A stretch of DNA of 64,000 nucleotides from Octopus vulgaris. Its lineage: Eukaryota. Location of the stretch: assembly GCA_951406725.2 (NCBI GenBank), contig OX597827.1, positions 65,410,001 to 65,474,000 on the forward strand, given 5' to 3'. Below the pieces are notes generated by a model. The model saw only the letters and a list, made by a program, of their open reading frames with translations, was not told where the DNA came from and made no database searches. How positions within the stretch are numbered: the stretch's first letter is position 1; every line of letters begins with the position of its first letter. This document shows positions 54,811-64,000 of this stretch, piece by piece. Both the position numbers and the translations under genes were made by a program.

Positions 54811-56112
54811 ATTGATTTCGTTCGTAGCCTCGACATTACCATCTGCCAATACTTATTTTCTTAGCGATATCACATTTGCGAAAATATGCTCCATACTCAT
54901 CTATGTCAGTGTGCTCAGCCTTCTACCTACGTATGAGTGTTCACTTGCACGCTTGTGTGTATGTCTTTGTTTGTATTTCTACGAGTGTGTGCGTGTGTGT
55001 ATGAGCTTGTGTGTGCGCGTAGGTGCTGAAAGTTTGACACATATTACGAGTTTTTCAGAAAAATGCCCGTTTCTTTACCTAACTTCTCCTGTACAGGTGT
55101 TATATGCAAAAAAGGAATCTCATATTTATTTTAATAAAGCGTATAAACATTTTAGGCTTGTGATGTAGTTAAGGCAGTTAAATCTTATGTTCAAACTTAT
55201 CTGTCAGCAAGATATTAAAAACATACAAAAAAAATACAGACTAGAACAAAGTTATAAAAAAATTCCATATCAATGCCCCAATATAATTAGATGCGCACCG
55301 TTAGCAAATAGATATTTTTCTTATCACAGCGTCAATGAGATATAGGTTACCATGTATGAAGCGTTTGAAGTTAAATCTGAAGCGCACACGCATTACTAAT
55401 CCGATCAATATCAAAGAGCATGTTTGATAAGAAGACGCCGCAGTCATATCTAATTTCATAGCAGAACAAACATAGTAGATGTTTACTAGTTGCTCTGCTC
55501 GCGAACCACATTAATAATTGGAGCTCACCGCTGCTAAGGATTTCACCTCTCATGGGGACAAGATAAACAGTCAGGCAAAATGAAAAGACCAGTTTATATT
55601 TTATACATACATAACTTTTACGTTTTTTCTCAACATTGAAAAAATAGAAATGGCGGCGTTTTTCTTCTTTTTGAGTCAACTGCAGCTGCACAACCAACCA
55701 TGATATGCATTCTGTCTATGAACAACCCATCTTCAGGTTCGATGCTCCAAAGGCCATATTGCCAAGTATATATTCATTTCAAGCTAAAGTTCGTTTAATA
55801 ATTCATTACCCAATATGCTAGGCTATTTCAAGATAAAGAGAATCATATTTCCATCATATTGCATAATACGGTGGAGTATGATAGGGATTTGGTTGCTATA
55901 TTCAGCAGACCGTATCATTGCACTGTGTCCCTCTCACTGGTTCATATTGCGGCACATTTTATACTGTTGAAGAGACGCGTTGTTAATACAAGTTAAATAA
56001 ATTATTGTTTCGCTTTTTTTCTTTCTCGATGCCATTTTCACTTATTTTTGAATTTTATCGTTGAAATCATCATAAATTTTTAATGCTTTTCTTAAAGTAT
56101 GTAGGTTCTTGT

Positions 56113-56265
56113 AAGGCGGTGCGTTGGCGGAATTGTTAACATACCGGGCAAAATGTTTAGCGGTATTTTGTAGAAGACACTTGCCCAAGGTGCCACACAG
56201 TGGTACTGAACGCGGGACCATGTGGTTGGTAAGCAAGCTACTTACCACACAGCCATTCCTACGCC
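56113..56265. mobile_element. Family B head (+, 56113-56168) fused to an inverted family A head (-, 56169-56265)
   Basis: ggcggtgcgttggcggaattgttaac... followed directly by gtagaagacacttgcccaagg...cagccattcctacgcc. Confidence 0.7.
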
Positions 56266-57029
56266 TATGCACAACCACAAACATTAATTAATTGCCCCTG
56301 ACTTACAGTTATACATTCGGTCCTGAGGCTTCTTAGTTCAAACCCCAAAGTCGTCTGACTTGGAGGTTTGAATCGAATTTCCTTTTCACTATTTAAGAAT
56401 CGCTCATAAATGTATCAGCACTGGATAATAGTTTCGTAGTGGTGGGGGACAAACTGCTTCGAGGTATTACGTCTGGGTTCTTATCGTCTGACTTCTTGAG
56501 TTTGAATCTTAATCCGTCACACGATTTAAAACTACTACTTGGTACTTTGGTACATTCGGCGGAGTCCAATCTGTTGATTATGCTGGGATGTAAGAGTATT
56601 GTGCTCGGTTTATGAATATATGCTCAGTGTGAGAATAATGAGCTGTTTCTCCACCAGATTAGGAGTCTCTGAACATTTGTCATTGAACAGGTCGTAAATA
56701 TAATAGAAACGTGTTAAAATTGCGGTTAAGAGCCTTTAGGTTTTCTATAAACTGCAAAGAATCTAGTGAATAAGGATCGAAAAATGAGCAACAGGTTGAT
56801 GACATTCATTTAAAGTCCCTCGTATATGTACTTTCATCGACGTCATGAACTGTCATCATCGAAAATGCCTCTTCTTCATTGTGCTATAATACCTGAATTC
56901 AGAAAATGTTAAAACCAGAGCGCACATGCCAAATGTATTTCTACAAAGAAGATATAATATAAATACGATTCGATTGGAGGGGAAATTATATTTTTATAGC
57001 TTATGTCGTTATTATTCTTACTATCTTTC

Positions 57030-57358
57030 TTCTTTTAATTGTTTCAGTCATTTGACTGTGGCCATGCTGGAGCACCGCCTTTAGTCGAGCAAAATTAACC
57101 CAGAACTTATTTTTGAAGCCTACTACTTATTCTATCGGTTTCTTTTGCCGAACCGCTAATTTACGGATACGTAAACACACTACCAACGGTTGCCAAGCGA
57201 TGTTGCGGAGGACAGACACATAAACATATGCACACATATACACACATATATATATATATATATAAACATATATACGATGGGCTTCTTTCAGTTTCCGTCT
57301 ACCAAATCTACTAACAAGGCTTTGGTCGGCCCGAGGCAATAGTAGAAGACACTTGCCG
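57030..57358 (-). mobile_element. SINE family A, 5'-truncated
   Basis: gtttcagtcatttgactgtggccatgctggagcaccgcc...gtagaagacacttgcc. Confidence 0.85.
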
Positions 57359-57694
57359 AAGCTTCATTATTTCTTGTTGAATATACACAAATTCATAGAA
57401 ATACAGAAACCACACAATAAATATCTACCAATTACCAAAATCTGTTCATTTGTTATCATTTAACACAAAGTGGATAAACAATTAGATGGAGGCAGAGGGG
57501 GATTTACATAGGCGGTAAATGGAAGAGTGATATTATTTTAGAAGGTACGATGCTTTAAACGTTTGCTTGAATATATTTCAGGGATAACATTTCCTTCTAA
57601 ATCCTGTATTTGTCTTTGGTATTGTTTCCGTTGCTACAGACAGCACGGACAAACAAACAGACGTCCACGAACAGACAGATGAAGAAAAATCATT

Positions 57695-57743
57695 AGCATA
57701 CATACATATGTATGTATATGTGTGTACGCGTTTGTTGTGTGTG

Positions 57744-57794
<51 letters not shown>

Positions 57795-58022
57795 ATATAT
57801 AACCATATATACATGTGCTTGCCTGTGTATTTCTTTGAATGTAGGTAGGTGTGCAAGTTGAGATAAACATATACGTATGTATACGCACATTGGTGTACGT
57901 ATGTATACCTACACGGTCCAATCACATTCATAGAATAATTGCTCTCAACTACTTCAAATTATAGGTATGTTGATTCATTCGAAATAAAGTTCAACAATAC
58001 ACACACGCGCGCGCACACACAG

Positions 58023-58107
<85 letters not shown>

Positions 58108-58311
58108 GGTGGGTGTGGGGGGGTGTGTTTGTGTACATATATATTCACATGCGTACAAGACCATATATCAACAAATATATATGCACATATATATATACAT
58201 ACCTAAGCAGTTATACATAAATATACAGACACATATCGTACGCGTGTTTATATATTTGTTTGTGTACTAGTGTTTGTATGTGCAAATTTAATGTTCCTTC
58301 ATCCATATAAT

Positions 58312-58377
<66 letters not shown>

Positions 58378-58413
58378 GGTATATATATATATATATGTAT
58401 ATGTATAAATAAG

Positions 58414-58446
<33 letters not shown>

Positions 58447-58463
58447 GTATATGTATGTATGTG

Positions 58464-58498
<35 letters not shown>

Positions 58499-58548
58499 GT
58501 ATATATATATATATACATACATATATATATATATTCTCTTCATCAATG

Positions 58549-58588
<40 letters not shown>

Positions 58589-59128
58589 CATATTTCCATT
58601 TGACTCATATTTTTATTTGATGTGCTTCGACTGTATATCTATATATTTACTTATTTACATATAAACAAACACACACACATACATACATACATACATACAT
58701 ACATACATACATACATACATACATACATACATACATACATACATACATACACACAGAGGCATATATGTGCGTATGTTTGTACGTTGCCATTTTTGTAAAA
58801 AGTTTGACTGATAATTATGACATGTTTAAAATGTTTCGCATCCATAAATATTAACAATAGATATCAGTCATCTCAGGCAGTAATATGTTAATAAGCGGAA
58901 TTAATTTTTTTGTTTCCTTTTTAACCTACGCACAAACATACATATGCTGAATGATTTTGATACAGAGACAGAGGTAAACATTGAAATAGAAAAAAATAGT
59001 GAGACGTGCGGAAAAAAGAAATTCTTTATTCATTTAAAATGTTTTTATATATTATTATATATTCACTTTCATTTTAACCACACACAAACATATATGAATG
59101 TATTTATTTGCGCATATCTTTCTTTGTC

Positions 59129-59159
<31 letters not shown>

Positions 59160-59201
59160 CTCTCCCTCTCTCTCTCTATATATATATATACACACACATA
59201 C

Positions 59202-59264
<63 letters not shown>

Positions 59265-59282
59265 CATATTTGTGCATTTGTG

Positions 59283-59323
<41 letters not shown>

Positions 59324-59347
59324 GTATATATATATATGTACATATAT

Positions 59348-59412
<65 letters not shown>

Positions 59413-59660
59413 CTGTCGGGTAGTTTTATTCGACAAATTGGCATAAATATGGTGCTATGTTAGTATCCACTCGCTCACGTACACACATACTCATATAGTG
59501 CACACAGAGAGACACAAACACATACACAGACACACACAAACACACAAATATATTTGTCTATAAGTATGTATGCATGTGTATGTGTTTGTGTGTGTACGAA
59601 AGTGTAAACGTGTGTGTGTTTTTACATAAATCTATATCTATATATATATATATACATTTT
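57695..59660. repeat. Microsatellite field (TA, TACA, CT, CA)
   Basis: Direct reading. Confidence 0.9.
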
Positions 59661-60369
59661 AACAACATATATGTTAATAGTTATCTAAATTAACACTTTT
59701 ATCGAGAGACCATTTATATTTCTACTTTAATGTGCAACATATATATTCATTTAAAATTTTTTTTCGGATTTTCCTTTTGTTTCGAATGTCATTCTTAGAC
59801 AGTGTTTGTTTCGTTTCAATATTTTATTTCTCCAAATATATCTTTCTACATATCTCTTGTCTCTGCAGCAAGAAATAAATTGTTTACTCTAAATCTATAG
59901 ACACTTTTATTTTTTATGTATTTATATAATTTAGAATTATAATGTCACGAAATGGAAGGAATTTTGGAGAAAATTGAATTGAAATTTGTTTTCTTGGTTT
60001 AATCTTAGAATGAAGAGCCCTTTCCATGATTATTTCCAGAGTTGTCCGCAATGATAGGAGGAATATTATCAATTTTTTATCAGATCTTACGAGAAAGTTT
60101 TCAATAAATTACATTCAACACTACGCTAACCTCACCAAAGTACTAAATGGTAGTCTAAATCGGGGGTACGTTTTAAAACTATCATTTAAGAACGACAGTT
60201 GCTCATTCGATGACCTTCCTCATAATTCCACACGTAATAATTTTGTCGATCACTGTTCATAGTAGAATACACTTCTCTAAGTTACTGGTCTTTCAGATGG
60301 AAACCAAATCCCTTAGCTTACATGCATGCTTGATAGATGAGGGGTTCCTGAAACGCTCCTGGCTTTAAG

Positions 60370-60557
60370 AGTATCGCGAAAGACCTGATAGAAGGCTCAA
60401 CCTACCGATTTGTTTTTTACAAGGCTTAGAAAAACTGAAGGACCACTGCAATAACTGTGTGCATCTGAGAAGGGAATATGTTCAGTAAAATCTAAAAACT
60501 CATCCACGTATATTTTCTTTTTACCCAAAGCCAGGAACTTTTCAGCACTGCCTCGTA
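60370..60557 (+). mobile_element. Mariner 3' fragment with TIR
   Basis: FFYKA/GLEKLKDHCNNCVHLRREYVQ* resembles the mariner end GI.KL..RW.KC....G.YVE*; ends acttttcagcactgcctcg|TA. Confidence 0.6.
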
Positions 60558-61227
60558 TTTTTGGACATAGAGGGTTATTCTGATAGACTGTAAAGACAAA
60601 TCTGCTTCCACTCTATAGCCGTGAATCATTTTACGTCTATCAGATATACCAATTTAAAACAGGTAGGAAGATTTGTATAATGTAAATGTTTCATACTATT
60701 TCTGAACATTGTCGTCCATGTATTTAAATTTGAAATAAAAAATATTATTACTAGCTGAATTGCAGCGTGGAATAAAATAATTCTTCGTATTTGTTTAAGT
60801 TAGTTTGCTTTCTGAACTCCAATAACTCCGAATTCAACAGTCCGGTTCAAAATGATGTAATCGATAAAATATCATAGCACTTAAAGGATACAGCGGAATG
60901 GCTCCGTTAGGTTTAAATAGCCAGCTCAGGCCGTTTATTAAATGGTTGCCCGTAAGACACCGTCGGTAGGGAAGAAGACATGAATTTAATGAAAAAATAT
61001 GAGGCAAGTACTGATTAGAGATAAACAACTGTATGGCGGCTGCTACAATATTTCTCTTTTGCGCATATTTCACACGTTATTAATGGTCTTTCTTACCTTT
61101 TGGTAGGCAAGAGACTTGAAAATTTGAAGGTGGGTTTAATCGAATACATGAAAGGTTGATGAAATCGATTTACCCTTGCTGGCCTTGTGCCAAAATTGGA
61201 AATCAATATTTATGTAAAATATTAAAT

Positions 61228-61365
61228 GTGGCGACCTAGCAAGTTCGTTAATACGCCGAGCACAATGTTTTGCGGTGTTTCATCCGTCTGTACGTTCCTT
61301 GTTCAAATTCCGCCGAGGTCGACTTTGCATTTTATTCTGTCGATGTCAATAAAATTAATACCAGC
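61228..61365 (+). mobile_element. Diverged family B SINE
   Basis: gttcaaattccgccgaggtcgactttgc core. Confidence 0.75.
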
Positions 61366-61623
61366 TTAAAAGTAAGCTTAAAAATGTTTCATATAAAATT
61401 TTTATAAATAGCTTTTCTGTTTAACCTAGACTTCCAATACAGCTATCATATTCACCGAATACGGCGTCACTAAATTCGTTTACAATATAATTAATCTACA
61501 TTCCTTTATAGACGAAATAATCTACTTCTAGCGGATGCAGAAGAAAATAATGATAGAGGAAAGGCTGCTGTTCCTGGCACATTAAGTCTCCATGCCTGCA
61601 GGAATGGTACTACACATGTATTA

Positions 61624-61910
61624 CAGTGGTGGACTGGGTCTAAAAATATTTGTTGCCAGGAAACAAAGGGGGCCCACCCGCAACTACAAGGTTATCATTT
61701 ATTTTTATATTTTCTTATATTAAAAGTATTATTTTCAACTGTCTACAAACACAGCCAGGCTGAAATAATTAATGCATTCATCTAGGAGTGAATAAAGAAT
61801 TCTCAGACTTGAGGAGATGGGGCCCTTAGATTCTAACATGGGCCCCCATACATGGGTTCTAAGGACGTAGGTTGACCCACTTGCCATCGGACAAGGTGGC
61901 AAACTGGCTT
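61624..61910. mobile_element. Possible hAT-type MITE remnant
   Basis: Starts cagtggtggactgg, with several subterminal gggccc motifs; right TIR not clearly seen. Confidence 0.3.
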
Positions 61911-62124
61911 TCTGTGTGTGTGTTTATGTATATATATGGGCTGCAGGGAAAGAGTTATTCTTTCAAATATTATATATATGAAGAAAACATTGTTTTTTCT
62001 TGATATGTTTGCTGTTTCAAGTAAAAAAGATCAAGAAATACGATGGAAATATGAGGAATCATTCATAAAAAAGTCAAAAAACAAAACAGAAAATTAACAC
62101 GAAGAGACATCTTAGTGCGTGAAC

Positions 62125-62236
62125 ACGTGTGAGTAGTGTATGTCTATATACATAAGTGTGTGTATGTATATGAGTATATATATATGAGTGTGTGTATAGG
62201 CATATATATATATATTTATATACCTGTATACATAGG

Positions 62237-62267
<31 letters not shown>

Positions 62268-62302
62268 AGGCAAACACACACACACATACACACACACACA
62301 CA

Positions 62303-62355
<53 letters not shown>

Positions 62356-62499
62356 TTATATATACATGTATATATAAATATATATATAGGCATCTGTTTA
62401 TATACATGATTATTTTTTTCGAAGGATGTACTTTAAGTTACAAACTGTTTGAGTTTGCGGATTGTACGTATGCTATGTATGCATATGTCTGTCTATCTA

Positions 62500-62589
<90 letters not shown>

Positions 62590-62701
62590 ACTATGTATGC
62601 ATGTATGTATCTATCTATCTATCCATGTATGTATGTAAGTATATATGTATATATGAATCTATCTATTTCTCTTCATGCTCTATCTATCTATCTCTACCTA
62701 C

Positions 62702-62776
<75 letters not shown>

Positions 62777-63331
62777 CTAGCCTATCCAACGTGTGAGCGT
62801 GTTTGCGCGAGTGCTCCTTTTTATCATTAGTCTTTCTCCCTCTCCACCAATTCATTCTTTCTTAGACGATGTACATTTTTATTCCAGCTCCTCTCTTTGT
62901 CACTCGTTCTCATTTGTTCAGTTACACTCGCAATTTCTCTTCTGCTATCAACATTTCTCACACATTTTCACAATCATAAACTCCATATTCCTCCACCCCC
63001 ACAAACATACACACACACACACACACCCTCCCGCTTTCTGTGTCTGTGCACCTCTTGGCACCTTTAATGTAGTATTGGTTTCACCCTTTGTACACTTGGT
63101 TATTCATCAAACCTCATCGACACATCCCTTATTTCTCACTCTTCAATTTTCATAAAGCTGTCTAACCTGTCTAACCTCCCTCTCTTGTCTTGTTTTGTCT
63201 TCTTACCTGCATATGAGTTTCCGTGTTATACCAACACGTACATACATACATACGCACATCCATGCATACATAAAAACACACATACAAACACAAATACACA
63301 GATATATATGCATAAACGTAACATGGTAACC

Positions 63332-63400
<69 letters not shown>

Positions 63401-63445
63401 GGCAAATACACATAGACGCGCCTAAATGTGTACGATATATATGTA

Positions 63446-63499
<54 letters not shown>

Positions 63500-63643
63500 C
63501 ATATACACATTGTTGTTCATATATAATATATGACATATGTACAAAAATATACGTTAAAAAACTATGTATATTATATGTAAGTATATTCAATATATAAATA
63601 TACATATGTGTATATATATGTATATAAATATATGTATATGTAT

Positions 63644-63683
<40 letters not shown>

Positions 63684-63785
63684 GCATATTCATATAGGCA
63701 CATAAATCAATGTATGGATGTATATACGTATGAATGTGTGTGTATACACACACGCACATACATATGTATATATATGTATATATAT

Positions 63786-63824
<39 letters not shown>

Positions 63825-63970
63825 CATACATACATATATGTGTGTATATATATGTATGTATATACAGGTATATGAAAATATACGCATATCAATATATATA
63901 TGCATATATAGGAATATATGTATATATATATATATATACACGTGTGTGTGCATATATGCATATATATTTA
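62125..63970. repeat. Microsatellite field (TA, CA, CT, TATC)
   Basis: Direct reading. Confidence 0.9.
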
Positions 63971-64000
63971 TTGGTGTATTTCTAACTACGTTTGTAATAA

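Noticed and set aside
55371-55700. Unique sequence with several TAAT motifs, a possible enhancer (similar at 60860-61080)
   Set aside because: Such motifs are expected by chance in AT-rich DNA; unsupported without conservation data.

Overview
Repeat-dominated, AT-rich eukaryotic DNA with no recognisable host gene. The SINE families and (TA)n/(CA)n/(TATC)n load look like an octopus (coleoid cephalopod) genome; that is an inference. Almost all ORFs in the supplied track are translated microsatellites. Real content: (1) a 4.8-kb near-perfect palindrome (2430-7231) of two 5'-truncated Penelope-like elements (RT + GIY-YIG) reading outward from a shared breakpoint; (2) several smaller, older fold-back elements with the same layout in (TA)n tracts, and about 10 hammerhead-ribozyme motifs, six of them in 46.9-48.5 kb; (3) a 2-kb 22-bp satellite abutting a probable non-autonomous Helitron (22849-27316) that contains two tandem 1.8-kb ORF1-only elements encoding a CCHC-knuckle protein; (4) decayed relatives of those at 40.5-41.9 kb and an internally deleted L1/Tx1 ORF2 at 33.8-35.4 kb; (5) three tRNA-derived SINE families, mariner fragments and MITEs. 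Two candidate systems stand out: hammerhead-bearing palindromic PLE derivatives targeting (TA)n, and a LINE, ORF1-only element and SINE trio sharing one 3' stem-loop/AATAAAGAAA tail. All alignments and folds were done by eye, so boundaries may be off by several bases.
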